A stretch of 64,000 nt of DNA, from positions 42,000 to 105,999 of the forward strand of contig DVKD01000025.1 in the NCBI GenBank assembly GCA_018716285.1. The letters are read 5' to 3'. Numbering within the stretch: position 1 is the first letter of the stretch; the number at the start of each line of letters is the position of its first letter. This DNA is from Candidatus Merdivicinus faecavium (GTDB taxonomy: Bacteria; Bacillota; Clostridia; Oscillospirales; Ruminococcaceae). Below, in pieces: positions 8,263 to 18,179 of the stretch. Position numbers and translations under genes: made by a program. The notes below the pieces were generated by a model. It did not search any database. It had not been told where the DNA came from and saw only the letters and a program-made list of their open reading frames with translations.

Positions 8263-8880
8263 TTATTCCGCTTTGTCCGGCAGGGGCATGGCGTCCGCTT
8301 CGGTGATTTGCCGGATGACCCGGCAGGGGACTCCGGCGGCCAGAGAGTGGGGCGGGATGTCGCGGGTCACGACGCTGCCCGCGCCGATGACGCAGCCTTC
8401 GCCGATGGTCACGCCGCCCGTCACGGTGACATTGGCGGCAAGCCAGCAGTTTGCGCCGATGGCGACAGGCTTTGCGTATTCGTAGTTAAAGAAACTCCCG
8501 TCCGGCTTGCGGCGCATGTTCCGCTCCTCAAAGCGCAGCGGGTGGACCGGGGTCAGGATGGAGCAGTTCGGCCCCAGCATGACGTTGTCGCCGATGGCGA
8601 CGGGGGCGCTGTCCAGGATGGTCAGGTTGAAATTGGCATAGAAATTGCGGCCCAGCGTCGTAAAGCAGCCGTAATCAAAATAGACAGGCCCCTGCAGCCA
8701 GACGCTCTCCGCCCGGTTGGGAAGAAGCTTGTCCAGCAGCTCCTGCCGTTTGTCTGCTTCCTGCTCCAGGGTGAGGTTATAAAGCTGGCTCAGCCTGTGG
8801 GCTTCCGCACGAAGGGCGGAGAGCTCCGGGTCGCTGGGATCGTAAAGCTTGCCGGCGAGCATTTTTTCTTTTTCGGTCAT
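8263..8880 (-). CDS. maa: Maltose/galactoside O-acetyltransferase (hexapeptide-repeat family)
   Basis: MLAGKLYDPSDPELSALRAEAHRLSQLYN N-terminal Mac domain followed by left-handed beta-helix repeats (IGDNVMLGPNCSI, IGANCWLAANVTV, IGEGCVIGAGSVV). Confidence 0.85.
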   Translation of the reverse strand: MTEKEKMLAGKLYDPSDPELSALRAEAHRLSQLYNLTLEQEADKRQELLDKLLPNRAESVWLQGPVYFDYGCFTTLGRNFYANFNLTILDSAPVAIGDNVMLGPNCSILTPVHPLRFEERNMRRKPDGSFFNYEYAKPVAIGANCWLAANVTVTGGVTIGEGCVIGAGSVVTRDIPPHSLAAGVPCRVIRQITEADAMPLPDKAE

Positions 8881-9023
8881 AAAAATACCTCCTGGTTTGC
8901 ATTTTCTTCCAGTATAGCACCCGCTTATTTGGAAGGCAATGGCCGGGAGGTAAATTTTTTGGACAGGGGGAAAATGCGGCCGCCGGAACGTTTTTCTGCG
9001 TTCCGGCGGCGGTTTCTGTCTGT

Positions 9024-10265
9024 TTATCGGGAAACTTCTTCCATTGCGATTTCAGCCCAGCGGGTGAGGCGCTCCGGCTGGCTGCGGACGGTGGAGATGT
9101 CCTTGAGGATCAGCTCGAGGTTCGCGCCGTGGGCTTTGGCGGCGTCGACGGTGCGGCGGATATCGCGGCGGATCTCCTCCTCGTCGAGGGAATCCCCGGC
9201 GACCAGGGCGGGGGAGGGCTTGTTGGACATGATGAGCTCCCTGCCGATCTTTTCGGCAAAGGCTTCGCGGTTGCTCCAGGGGCTGCAGGAGACCTTGCGG
9301 ACGTGGGGGATCTTTTTGACATGCTCGAGGCGGTCGTCCAGGCGGTCGCAGCAGCCGTAATAGATCATCCCGAAGGGCTCGGCCATCCGCTGGATGTAGG
9401 GCAGCTCAAATTCCGCGAAGAATGCGGGGGAAACCGAGGAGAAGAGCTGCGCCAGCCCGAAGGCCCAGCAGTTTTCCGAGCTGCTCCCCCTGCCCGCGCC
9501 GAAGTCGGGCAGCAGCTCGTCGGTGTAGATGTAGGAGCAGTGGCAGGTGTTGATCTTGTCCTCATGGACGCCGAGCTCGTTGGCTTCCCGGATGCCGTTT
9601 AAGACCGAGCGGGTGAGTCGGTCCATGATCTTGTGGATGAATTCGGGGCGGTCGATCATGTCGATGTAGGCGTTTTCGACCCCCATCAGGGTGCTGATGT
9701 AGTCCCAGATGCCGAGATGGAACTGGATGCCGCCGCTCAGGCGGACGGGCGCCACCCCGTCGAAGAGGGCGGAGGCCGCCTGGAAGCGGGCTTCGCTCTC
9801 GGCCGCGTCATGGGTGATGTGCATGTCGGCGAGCCGCTCGATGTCCTCCTCGGTTTCGAGCTGGTTGATGTAGTGGTGGGAAAGGACGTCGCCGGCGACC
9901 GAGGCGTCGCGGGTGTCCTCCTGCACGGCGATGCCGTAGCCGCTGCTCGAAACCGCCTTGGGGATGGTGATGAAGGGCTCGACGACCATATCGACCGGGA
10001 AATGCTCCCACTTGTAGATGGTGGTGCGCAGCTGCCACTCGACGCCCCGCCAGAAGGGGTCGGACACCTGGCAGATGAGGGAGCTGTCGACGCTCAGCTC
10101 ATTCCAGGGGAGCTGGTCGATGACAACCATTGGCCGCTCCATTTTACTGCGGTTGAGGGCCTTCCAGAGGTCGCGCTTCTCCGCCTGGACGGGGAGAGAG
10201 GCAATTTCCATATAGCGCGAAGCGAGGTCGCGGAGGATCTGCTTTTCCTGGGGATTCAGTTGCAT
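9024..10265 (-). CDS. Uroporphyrinogen-decarboxylase (URO-D)/MtaA-like family protein; function unknown
   Basis: 413 aa. The C-terminal half (GMIYYGCCDRLDDRLEHVKKIPHVRKVSCSPWS...) resembles URO-D-like TIM-barrel proteins. Assignment is from memory of the family only. Confidence 0.45.
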   Translation of the reverse strand: MQLNPQEKQILRDLASRYMEIASLPVQAEKRDLWKALNRSKMERPMVVIDQLPWNELSVDSSLICQVSDPFWRGVEWQLRTTIYKWEHFPVDMVVEPFITIPKAVSSSGYGIAVQEDTRDASVAGDVLSHHYINQLETEEDIERLADMHITHDAAESEARFQAASALFDGVAPVRLSGGIQFHLGIWDYISTLMGVENAYIDMIDRPEFIHKIMDRLTRSVLNGIREANELGVHEDKINTCHCSYIYTDELLPDFGAGRGSSSENCWAFGLAQLFSSVSPAFFAEFELPYIQRMAEPFGMIYYGCCDRLDDRLEHVKKIPHVRKVSCSPWSNREAFAEKIGRELIMSNKPSPALVAGDSLDEEEIRRDIRRTVDAAKAHGANLELILKDISTVRSQPERLTRWAEIAMEEVSR

Positions 10266-10411
10266 GTTGATACCGCCTTTCGGTCAAATGATTTCTTGTC
10301 CCCATTATACCGGATTTTTTGGGGAAGGTACACCGCCTTTTCTGCGGAATTATTCGCAAAAATTGACATTTTGGGCCCGGGGTGCTATACTGAGGGAAAG
10401 GAGGGGGACGG

Positions 10412-11158
10412 ATGCTCATCGATTACGGCTGTTCGCCGGTCAATGCAGACTGGCAGGTAAACGAAAAAACGGCCTGCGGTTTTGTGCGGGTCTATGACAT
10501 CTACGAGGGGGAGGTATTCTGCCGGGAAGGGGTCTCCGAACCGGGGGAGGAAATTCTCCTGCGGCCGGGGAGCATCTGCCTTTTCCCCTCGGCGGCGCCC
10601 TATTTTCTGCGCCAAAATCCCCAAAATCGGCTCTTCTGCACCCATCTGCATTTGGACATCGCGCCTGCGCTGCTGCGGCGGACGCTCACCCTGGAAGCGC
10701 CGCAGGGGTCGATTGTGCGCGGGATCTTCGACGCGCTGCGGGCGGCGGTCTGCGGCGGCGAGGGGCGGGTGGTGAGGCTGCTTTCCGACGCCTTCGAGCA
10801 GTACTGCGTCGGGCGGGAGCTCTTTGCCATGCCCGAAGGGGAGATCGCGCGGGCGCTGGCGGCGATGGCCGCGGAATTTCGCAAAAACTGGTCTGTCGCC
10901 GAGCTGAGCGCCCTGGCGGGCTACTCGGAGCCTTATTTCATCCGGCGGTTCCGGGCCGAGACGGGGGTTTCGCCGCATCAATACCTGATCGGCCGGCGGA
11001 TGAAGGAGGCGCTGCGCCTTTTGTGGAGCGGACTGCCGGTCTCCGAGGTTGCGCGGCGCTGCGGCTACGCGGAGCTCAAGGCCTTCAGCCGCTCTTTCCG
11101 CCGGTGGTACGGCCTCTCTCCCAGTCAGTACCGGGAGAGCGGGCGGCTCTACCCGTGA
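10412..11158 (+). CDS. AraC family transcriptional regulator
   Basis: C-terminal double HTH: WSVAELSALAGYSEPYFIRRFRAETGVSPHQYLIGRRMKEALRLL...VARRCGYAELKAFSRSFRRWYGLSPSQYRE. Divergent from the URO-D-like gene. Confidence 0.85.
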   Translation: MLIDYGCSPVNADWQVNEKTACGFVRVYDIYEGEVFCREGVSEPGEEILLRPGSICLFPSAAPYFLRQNPQNRLFCTHLHLDIAPALLRRTLTLEAPQGSIVRGIFDALRAAVCGGEGRVVRLLSDAFEQYCVGRELFAMPEGEIARALAAMAAEFRKNWSVAELSALAGYSEPYFIRRFRAETGVSPHQYLIGRRMKEALRLLWSGLPVSEVARRCGYAELKAFSRSFRRWYGLSPSQYRESGRLYP

Positions 11159-11395
11159 CCGCAGATGGAGAGAGGCTTTCCAAAAATTTCGCCGCATAAT
11201 GAAAAAAATTTACAGATTGCGGGATATTTATTCAGCGATTTTGCTCTTTTCTTTGCTATAATCAAAATAGTGGAAGGAAAAGCCCGGGCGTATTTTGCCG
11301 TTCAGATTCCAAGGCAGCGCCATCAAAACAGAATGAACGGGCCTTTATGCGGACGCCGGACGATGGCGGACGGACCGCAGCCGAGAGGGGATAGA

Positions 11396-12103
11396 ATGAT
11401 GAGCAGCTTTGTTACCTTTGATAATGTTTATAAACGCTACCACATGGGGGAGGTCACCATCACCGCGTCGGATGGCGTTTCTTTTGAGATCGAGCAGGGG
11501 GAGTTTGCCGTCGTCGTCGGTTCGAGCGGCGCGGGCAAAACGACCGTTCTCAATATGCTCGGCGGGATGGACAGCTGCGACGAGGGGAAGATCCTCGTCG
11601 ACGGCCAGGACATCGCGCAGTATACCCCGAAGCAGCTGACCGATTACCGCCGGTTTGACATCGGCTTTGTTTTCCAGTTTTATAACCTGGTCCCGAACCT
11701 CACCGCCCGCGAAAACGTCGAGCTGGCCACCCAGATCTGCCGCAACCCCATGAACGCCGACCAGGTGCTCATGGATGTCGGGCTGGGCGACCGGATGAAT
11801 AACTTCCCCGCCCAGCTTTCGGGCGGCGAGCAGCAGCGCGTTTCCATCGCCCGCGCCCTGGCAAAGCGGCCCAAGCTCCTCCTCTGCGACGAGCCGACCG
11901 GCGCCCTCGACGACAATACCGGCAAGACGATCCTCAAGCTTCTGCAGGACACCTGCCGCCGCAACAACATGACGGTCGTCCTCATCACCCACAACTCCGC
12001 GATCACCCCGATGGCTGACCGGGTCATCCGGATGAGAAACAGCAAGGTGAGCAACATCGTATTGAACGACCGCCCGACGCCGGTCGAGGACATCGAATGG
12101 TAA
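11396..12103 (+). CDS. ABC transporter ATP-binding protein (MacB/LolD-type)
   Basis: Start trimmed to [15 protein letters not shown] after a GAGAGGGG RBS. Walker [10 protein letters not shown], signature LSGGEQQRV, Walker [13 protein letters not shown]. Confidence 0.9.
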   Translation: MMSSFVTFDNVYKRYHMGEVTITASDGVSFEIEQGEFAVVVGSSGAGKTTVLNMLGGMDSCDEGKILVDGQDIAQYTPKQLTDYRRFDIGFVFQFYNLVPNLTARENVELATQICRNPMNADQVLMDVGLGDRMNNFPAQLSGGEQQRVSIARALAKRPKLLLCDEPTGALDDNTGKTILKLLQDTCRRNNMTVVLITHNSAITPMADRVIRMRNSKVSNIVLNDRPTPVEDIEW

Positions 12104-12122
12104 GGGGAAAGGGGCCGTTATC

Positions 12123-15100
12123 ATGAAGAAACGCAGCAACCCGTTATGGAAAGAGACCCTCCGCACCATCTGGCAGACACGGACCCGCTTCCTCTCATTG
12201 GTGGCGATCGTGGCGCTCGGGTGCGGCTTTTTTGCCGGCCTCAAGGCGACCAGCCCGGATATGAAGCTGACGGCGGACAATTATTTTGCGGATACCCGGC
12301 TGATGGACCTTCATTTAATGTCCACCTTCGGCCTAAACGACGAGGATATCGCAGCGGTGCGCGAAGTCGAGGGGATCCGCGGCTTTGCGGCGGGATACAG
12401 CGCAGACCTTCTTCTGCGGACCGACGAGGCCGCCCAGACAGTGGTCAAGGTCTACTCCCTGCCCGAAGGCGAGGAGTCGGACGAAAACTACCTCAACCGC
12501 CCGCTCCTGCTGGAGGGCCGGCTGCCGGAGCAGTCGGGCGAATGTGTGATCGACAAGAATTTTAACAGCGGCTTAAGCGCCAATGGCCAGGTGGAGATCG
12601 GGGATACCATCACCTTGCTGTCCGGCAGCACGGACGCGGATATCGCGGATACCCTCGCGCGGGATACCTTCACCGTCGTCGGGATCGTGCAGTCCCCGCT
12701 CTACATCGGCTTTGAGCGCGGACACAGCACCATCGGAGACGGCGAGGTCGACGCTTACCTGATGATCCCGGAAGAGGATTTCACCCTCGAGGTCTATACC
12801 GACGCCTATCTCACGTTGGAATCGACCGCAGGCCTTTCCGCTTTTTCGAGCGATTATGAAACATCGGTTGACGAGGCGATCGACCGTTTTGAGGAGGTCG
12901 CCGCCCGCCGGGGCGAGGAGCGCTACAACGAGATTTACGAGGAAGCCCAGGCCGAGATTGACGATGCGAAGGCGGAGCTTGCCGATGCCGAGCAGGAACG
13001 GGACGAGGCGCTCGCCGAGGCGGAACAGGAGCTGGCCGACGCGGAAGCCGAGCTGGCCCAGGGCCGCCGCGACTATGAGGACGGTCTTGCCACCTACAAC
13101 CAGGAGATCCGGGAGGCGGAAGAACAGCTTGCCGACGGGGAGCAGCAGCTCGCCGACGCGGAAAATGCCTATGAGGAGGCCCTTGCGGAATACGAGCAGG
13201 GCCGCAGCGACTACGAGGCCGCCCTGCCGGAGGCCCAGGCGCAGCTCGAAAGCTATCGGGAGCAGCACGCCCAGCTTGAGGAGCAGGCCGGCCCGGCCAT
13301 CGCTCAGGTTGACAGCGCGCGGGAGCTGCTCACATCGGTCGAGGCTCTGGTGCAGAGCTTCGCCGAGCGTTCGGTCCCCTCCATTGAGGCGGCGGAAGCC
13401 TCTGAGCAGCAGGTCATCACGGCTGCCGACGGCCTTCTCGCCGTCCTGCCGGAGGATTCTGTCCCGCAGGGGACCAGCCTGACCGGCCTTTTGACCGAGT
13501 ATATCTCCGCGCGGCAGAGCCAGAAGGATTACCTTTCCCGCCAGATCGGCGCCCTGACCGGGACGATCGAGACCGCGCTGGACGCCCAGGACGAGGCGCT
13601 CGCTGAGGCGCGCAGCGGCATCGAGCAGCTGACCGCCGGCATCGCCGAAGGGGAGCAGCAGCTCGCCGACACGCTGGCGGAATTGGATGCGGCCGAGGCC
13701 CAGCTCGCCGAGACCCGCACCCTCCTCGATGAACAGGACGAAACCCTCTCGCAGGGGTGGCAGGACCTGGCGCGGGAGCGCAGCAGCGGCCGCGAGGAGC
13801 TGGAAGCCGCCCGCATTGAGCTGGAAGACGGGGAGGCGCAGCTTGCCGAGGCCCGCGCCGAATATGAGACCGAAAAGGCGGATTCCGCGCAGGAGATCGA
13901 GGATGCCCGCGCCGAAATCGCCCAGGCGGAACAGGACCTCGCCGACCTCGGCGAGCCGACCTGGTACGTCTGGGACCGGGACAACAATCCCGACTATTCG
14001 AGCTATGCGGAGGACACCGAGAAGGTGGACGCCGTCGCGGCGGTCTTCCCGGTCTTCTTCATCCTGGTGGCGGCGCTGGTCTGCCTGACGACGATGACCC
14101 GGATGGTCGAGGAGCAGCGGACCCAGATCGGCACCTTTAAAGCGCTGGGTTATGGGCGCGGCGCGATCATGGCCAAATACATCGGCTATGCGGCGGCCGC
14201 AAGCGTGATCGGCGCGGCCGTCGGGCTGGCCATCGGCTTCAAGCTCTTCCCTTATGTGATCATCAACGCCTACCGGATTATGTATGAAATCCCCAACGCG
14301 GTCGCGCCGATCCGCTGGGGGCTGGCGGGCGCCTGCATGGCGGTGGCCCTGCTCTGCATGTGCCTGACCACCTTTGCCGCCTGCGCCAAACAGACCGACG
14401 AGGTCCCCTCCCAGCTGATGCGCCCCAAAGCCCCCAAAAACGGCAAACGGGTGCTGCTCGAACGGATCGGATTTATCTGGAAGCGCCTCAATTTCAGCAA
14501 GAAGGTCACCGTCCGCAACCTCTTCCGGTATAAGCGCCGGGTGCTGATGACCATTGTCGGCATAGCGGGCTGTACGGCGCTGCTGCTGACCGGCTTCGGG
14601 CTGCGCTATGCCATCAGCTCGATCGGGGATAAGCAGTACGAACGGGTGTTTGTTTACGATACGACAGTCACCCTGGACGACAAGCTCACCGCCTCCGAGC
14701 TGGCCGATTACGCGGAGGCGCTTTCCGGGGTGGAGGGCGTCGCCGAATCCATGCCGGCCGCCTCCCGCAGCATCGACGTCCGCGGGGAGAATAAGATTGT
14801 GAGCATCACCCTCATGGTGCCGCAGGATCCCGAGCAGATGGGCAGCTATATCGACCTGCACGAGCGGGTGAGCGGAGAGAAGCTCTCCCTTTCGGACGAC
14901 GGGGTTATCATCAACGAGAAGCTGTCGCGGCTGCTGGATGTGAAGGAAGGGGACAGCATCACCCTTGTAAACCCCAACGGCAGGCCGGTGCCGGTAACAG
15001 TGCTCGGTATCTCGGAAAACTACGCTTTAAACTACGTCTACATGACCCCGGCTCTCTACCGGCAGGAATTCCGGGAGACGCCGGTCTACAGCACGGTGCT

Positions 15101-15629
15101 GCTCAACCAGGAGGAGGGCGTTTCGGAGAGTACCCTGTCCGAGGAGATCCTGGCGCTTGGCGACGGCGTGCTGGCGGTCACCCATACTTCGGGGATCGCG
15201 GGGACCTTTGACGCGATGCTGGGGAGCCTCAACGCCATCGTCTGGGTCATCATCATTTCGGCCGGCCTGCTGGCTTTCGTGGTCCTCTATAACCTTGCGA
15301 ATATCAATGTCAATGAACGCGTGCGGGAGCTTGCCACCATCAAGGTGCTCGGCTTCTACGACGGCGAGGTGACGGGCTATATCACCCGGGAGAACAACAT
15401 CTCCGCTTTCTTCGGCATCGCCATCGGGCTGGTGCTGGGCATCGCGCTCGAGCGCTTTGTCATCCGGACAGCCGAGGTGGACGCGGTCATGTTTGCGCCG
15501 GACATCGCATGGTACTGCTTCGTCTTTGCCGGGCTGCTGACGGCGCTGTTCACCCTGATCGTCGACCTTGTGCTGCACTTCCAGCTCAAGAAGATCGACA
15601 TGGTCGAATCCCTCAAATCGGTTGAATAA
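12123..15629 (+). CDS. Giant FtsX/MacB-type ABC permease with a long coiled-coil extracytoplasmic insert
   Basis: 1168 aa. N-terminal TM segment, then a MacB-PCD-like region. About 370 aa are E/A/Q/L-rich heptad-like sequence (AELADAEQERDEALAEAEQELADAEAELAQ...). Two FtsX 4-TM modules follow (TFKALGYGRG..., TIKVLGFYDGE...). Confidence 0.85.
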   Translation: MKKRSNPLWKETLRTIWQTRTRFLSLVAIVALGCGFFAGLKATSPDMKLTADNYFADTRLMDLHLMSTFGLNDEDIAAVREVEGIRGFAAGYSADLLLRTDEAAQTVVKVYSLPEGEESDENYLNRPLLLEGRLPEQSGECVIDKNFNSGLSANGQVEIGDTITLLSGSTDADIADTLARDTFTVVGIVQSPLYIGFERGHSTIGDGEVDAYLMIPEEDFTLEVYTDAYLTLESTAGLSAFSSDYETSVDEAIDRFEEVAARRGEERYNEIYEEAQAEIDDAKAELADAEQERDEALAEAEQELADAEAELAQGRRDYEDGLATYNQEIREAEEQLADGEQQLADAENAYEEALAEYEQGRSDYEAALPEAQAQLESYREQHAQLEEQAGPAIAQVDSARELLTSVEALVQSFAERSVPSIEAAEASEQQVITAADGLLAVLPEDSVPQGTSLTGLLTEYISARQSQKDYLSRQIGALTGTIETALDAQDEALAEARSGIEQLTAGIAEGEQQLADTLAELDAAEAQLAETRTLLDEQDETLSQGWQDLARERSSGREELEAARIELEDGEAQLAEARAEYETEKADSAQEIEDARAEIAQAEQDLADLGEPTWYVWDRDNNPDYSSYAEDTEKVDAVAAVFPVFFILVAALVCLTTMTRMVEEQRTQIGTFKALGYGRGAIMAKYIGYAAAASVIGAAVGLAIGFKLFPYVIINAYRIMYEIPNAVAPIRWGLAGACMAVALLCMCLTTFAACAKQTDEVPSQLMRPKAPKNGKRVLLERIGFIWKRLNFSKKVTVRNLFRYKRRVLMTIVGIAGCTALLLTGFGLRYAISSIGDKQYERVFVYDTTVTLDDKLTASELADYAEALSGVEGVAESMPAASRSIDVRGENKIVSITLMVPQDPEQMGSYIDLHERVSGEKLSLSDDGVIINEKLSRLLDVKEGDSITLVNPNGRPVPVTVLGISENYALNYVYMTPALYRQEFRETPVYSTVLLNQEEGVSESTLSEEILALGDGVLAVTHTSGIAGTFDAMLGSLNAIVWVIIISAGLLAFVVLYNLANINVNERVRELATIKVLGFYDGEVTGYITRENNISAFFGIAIGLVLGIALERFVIRTAEVDAVMFAPDIAWYCFVFAGLLTALFTLIVDLVLHFQLKKIDMVESLKSVE

Positions 15630-15650
15630 ATACCGGTACCCTGAGAACAA

Positions 15651-15695
15651 ACCGCCCCCTGCGCGGCCTGAAAAGCTGCACAGGGGGCGGTTTCT
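15651..15695. terminator. Bidirectional hairpin between convergent genes
   Basis: ACCGCCCCCTG...CAGGGGGCGGT, an 11-bp inverted repeat flanked by A/T-rich runs. Confidence 0.5.
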
Positions 15696-15708
15696 GCGGG
15701 ATGGAAAT

Positions 15709-16053
15709 TCAGCGCACCGGCTCGTAATCGAGGGCGGAAGCCTCGCCGGTCGCCTCCAGCTTGAAGATGACCGGGCGAAGGCCGTCGTTGCAGGAGCAGA
15801 TGGCGACCCCGGGCTTGCGGATCCAGTCGCCGAAGTAGAAAAGCTCCCTGCCCGCGCCGTGGGCAAGGGCGAAGACGTACTGGTAGATCGCCTTCCATGC
15901 CTCGTCGCAGAGCCCCTGGGGCTTGGCGTAGTCGGCGTAGAAAACCTGTCCCTCCCGCAGCATGGGGCAGGGGCCAAGGCCCTCTGCGCCGTATTCGGCG
16001 GCGAGCGCGGCGTCGAAGGTGGTTTTGAGGACGGTGATTTTGACCTTGTTCAT
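15709..16053 (-). CDS. Small conserved protein, TIGR04076-like
   Basis: 114 aa. MNKVKITVLKTTFD...GPCPMLREGQVFY...AICSCNDGLRPVIFKL resembles the TIGR04076 family from memory. Confidence 0.45.
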   Translation of the reverse strand: MNKVKITVLKTTFDAALAAEYGAEGLGPCPMLREGQVFYADYAKPQGLCDEAWKAIYQYVFALAHGAGRELFYFGDWIRKPGVAICSCNDGLRPVIFKLEATGEASALDYEPVR

Positions 16054-16069
16054 GGGGGACCTCCCTGTA

Positions 16070-16104
16070 CAAAAAATCAGGCCGGAGCAGGTGCCCCGGC
16101 CTTG
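16070..16104 (-). terminator. Intrinsic terminator downstream of asnS
   Basis: CAGGCCGG...CCGGCCTTG hairpin followed on the minus strand by ATTTTTTG. Confidence 0.55.
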
Positions 16105-16112
16105 TGTATTTT

Positions 16113-17507
16113 TTAATATTCCGCCGAGCCGGTGGTGCGGGGGAAGGGGAGGACGTCGCGGATGTTGGCGACGCCGGTGAGGTACATGACCATCCGCTCG
16201 AAGCCGAGGCCGAAGCCGCAGTGGGTCGTCCCGCCGTAGCGGCGCAGGTCGAGGTACCAGCTGTAATCCTCGGGGTTTAAATGGAAGAACTCGAGGCTCT
16301 GCATCAGGACGTCCAGCCGCTCCTCGCGCTGGCTGCCGCCGATCAGCTCGCCGATGCCGGGGACCAGCATATCCATCGCGGCGACCGTCTTGCCGTCGTC
16401 GTTTAAGCGCATGTAAAACGCCTTGATCTCCCGGGGATAGTCGGTGACAAAGACCGGCTTTTTAAAGACCTGCTCGGTGAGGAAGCGCTCGTGCTCGGTC
16501 TGAAGGTCGACGCCCCAGTAGACCTTGTAGTCGAACTGGTCGTTGTGCGGCTCTAAGAGCTTGATCGCCTCGGTGTAGGTGACGTGGGCAAACTCCGCGT
16601 CGACGAGGGCGGTCAGCCGCTCGACGAGGCCCTTGTCGTAGAAGTTGTTGAAGAATGCCATCTCGTCGGGGCAGTTTTCAAGGACGTAGCGGATGACGAA
16701 CTTGACCATATCCTGCGCGACCCGCATATCGTCGTTTAAGTCGGCAAAGGCCATCTCCGGCTCGACCATCCAGAATTCGGCGGCGTGGCGGGCGGTGTAG
16801 GACTTCTCGGCGCGGAAGGTGGGGCCGAAGGTGTAGACGTTGCCCAGCGCCATCGCCATGCACTCGGCTTCCAGCTGGCCGGAAACGGTGAGGCTGGTGG
16901 CTTTGCCGAAGAAATCCTGGGAGAAGTCGACCTCGCCGTCCCCGGTCAGGGGCGGGTTCTTGGGGTCCAGGGTGGTGACCCGGAACATCTCGCCCGCGCC
17001 CTCGCAGTCGGAGGCGGTGATGAGGGGGGTGTGGACGTAGGCGAAGCCGCGCTCGTTGAAAAACTTGTGGATCGCATAAGCGCAGACCGACCGGACCCGG
17101 AAGACCGCCTCAAAGGTGTTGGTGCGGGGGCGGAGATGGGCGATGGTGCGCAGGTATTCCAGAGTGTGCCGCTTTTTCTGGAGGGGGTAATCGGGGGTGG
17201 AAGCGCCTTCCAGGGTGATTTCAGCCGCATGGATTTCGTAAGGCTGCTTGGCCCCGGGGGTGAGGACGACCTCGCCGGTGACGATGATGGCGGAGCCGAC
17301 GTTATATTTGGTCACCTCTTTGAAATTGGCGACCTTTGCGTCCTCAAAGACGACTTGCAGGTTTTTGAAGCAGCTGCCGTCATTGAGCTCGATGAAGCCC
17401 AGGGCTTTGGAGTCGCGGATGGTTTTGACCCAGCCGCAGACGGTGACGGTTTTCCCGGAATAGTGGGGGAAATCCCGGTGCAGCGCGGCGATTTCGGTGC
17501 GGATCAT
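16113..17507 (-). CDS. asnS: Asparagine--tRNA ligase
   Basis: 464 aa. N-terminal OB fold ([27 protein letters not shown]) and class IIb motifs ([33 protein letters not shown]). Confidence 0.93.
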   Translation of the reverse strand: MIRTEIAALHRDFPHYSGKTVTVCGWVKTIRDSKALGFIELNDGSCFKNLQVVFEDAKVANFKEVTKYNVGSAIIVTGEVVLTPGAKQPYEIHAAEITLEGASTPDYPLQKKRHTLEYLRTIAHLRPRTNTFEAVFRVRSVCAYAIHKFFNERGFAYVHTPLITASDCEGAGEMFRVTTLDPKNPPLTGDGEVDFSQDFFGKATSLTVSGQLEAECMAMALGNVYTFGPTFRAEKSYTARHAAEFWMVEPEMAFADLNDDMRVAQDMVKFVIRYVLENCPDEMAFFNNFYDKGLVERLTALVDAEFAHVTYTEAIKLLEPHNDQFDYKVYWGVDLQTEHERFLTEQVFKKPVFVTDYPREIKAFYMRLNDDGKTVAAMDMLVPGIGELIGGSQREERLDVLMQSLEFFHLNPEDYSWYLDLRRYGGTTHCGFGLGFERMVMYLTGVANIRDVLPFPRTTGSAEY

Positions 17508-17545
17508 GTCGGATGACCTCCTCGTTCTTTTTACAATATGAAAAA

Positions 17546-17574
17546 ATTATACTCCTTTTTGGCGCGTCCGTCAA
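17546..17574 (-). promoter_or_regulatory. Sigma-A-type promoter for asnS
   Basis: Minus strand: TTGACG, 17 nt spacer, TATAAT. Leaves only a ~35 nt 5' UTR. Confidence 0.6.
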
Positions 17575-17640
17575 GAGATTTATGAGTCGGAGCGGCCTGG
17601 CTGCCTGAATTTTTTGCGGCTCGTGCAAAGGCCCGGGCAA

Positions 17641-17675
17641 AAGAAAAACACGCTTACCTCATTGGTAAGCGTGTT
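17641..17675 (-). terminator. Intrinsic terminator after tRNA-Arg
   Basis: ACACGCTTACC / GGTAAGCGTGT hairpin followed on the minus strand by TTTTTCTT. Confidence 0.65.
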
Positions 17676-17677
17676 TC

Positions 17678-17752
17678 TGGTACGCCTGATTGGAATCGAA
17701 CCAACGCACCCGGCTCCGGAGGCCGGTGCTCTATCCACTGAGCTACAGGCGC
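17678..17752 (-). tRNA. tRNA-Arg (anticodon CCG), CCA encoded
   Basis: Reverse complement GCGCCTGTAGCTCAGTGGATAGAGCACCGGCCTCCGGAGCCGGGTGCGTTGGTTCGATTCCAATCAGGCGTACCA folds as a cloverleaf. Anticodon loop is CTCCGGA. Confidence 0.9.
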
Positions 17753-17790
17753 ATATGCTGTAATTGCATATCAAATCAGCAACAGTGTAT

Positions 17791-17819
17791 ATTATAGCAA
17801 ATTCCGGAAATTTTGTCAA
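17791..17819 (-). promoter_or_regulatory. Sigma-A-type promoter for tRNA-Arg
   Basis: Minus strand: TTGACA, 17 nt spacer, TATAAT. Confidence 0.6.
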
Positions 17820-17882
17820 GGGGTTTGCAGAAGAAATTTGCGGCAGCTTTTTCGCCGCAAATTTCTTCTGCGCGGCGAGGGG

Positions 17883-18179
17883 TCATTCGGCGTCGAAGAG
17901 CACCGCCTTGATTGCTTCGACGATATCTTCGGTGCGCAGGCGGGCAACCCCCAGCGAGTCGAGCATCCGGTCGGTTTCGCTCTGGTTCGGGTCCAGATAG
18001 CGGAAATTCCGGGTGAACTGGTCGATCGCCCGGCGGAGGATATCGGCCTCATTGGCGGAACCGGCGCGGTTCAGCTCCGTTTTGAGCAGCATGAGCGACA
18101 CCTGTACGGCCTGTTCCCTGGTGTAGAGGGCGTGCGGGGCCTCGCGGATGAGTTCGTCCAAAGCGGCAAGATTCAGCAT
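17883..18179 (-). CDS. Hypothetical small protein (98 aa)
   Basis: Coding-like codon usage and helical sequence (MLNLAALDELIREAPHALYTREQAVQVSLMLLKTELNRAG...). No family recognised. Confidence 0.4.
   Translation of the reverse strand: MLNLAALDELIREAPHALYTREQAVQVSLMLLKTELNRAGSANEADILRRAIDQFTRNFRYLDPNQSETDRMLDSLGVARLRTEDIVEAIKAVLFDAE

Noticed and set aside
12573-14861. 762-aa ORF antisense to the giant FtsX permease. Similar long antisense ORFs occur at 22459..24738, 33032..34498, 19858..21114, 28157..29494, 51486..52871, 49668..50906, 35753..36955 and 10385..11197.
   Set aside because: These are shadow ORFs typical of high-G+C DNA. Their translations are Arg/Gly/Pro/Ala-rich low-complexity sequences with no recognisable motifs. 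The opposite strand encodes clearly recognisable proteins in every case.
17508-17677. T-box leader upstream of asnS.
   Set aside because: A near-consensus promoter sits only about 35-40 nt upstream of the start codon. The rest of the 170-bp spacer is occupied by the tRNA-Arg terminator. There is no room for a ~200-nt T-box and no T-box sequence (AATTAGGGTGGNACCGCG-like) is visible.
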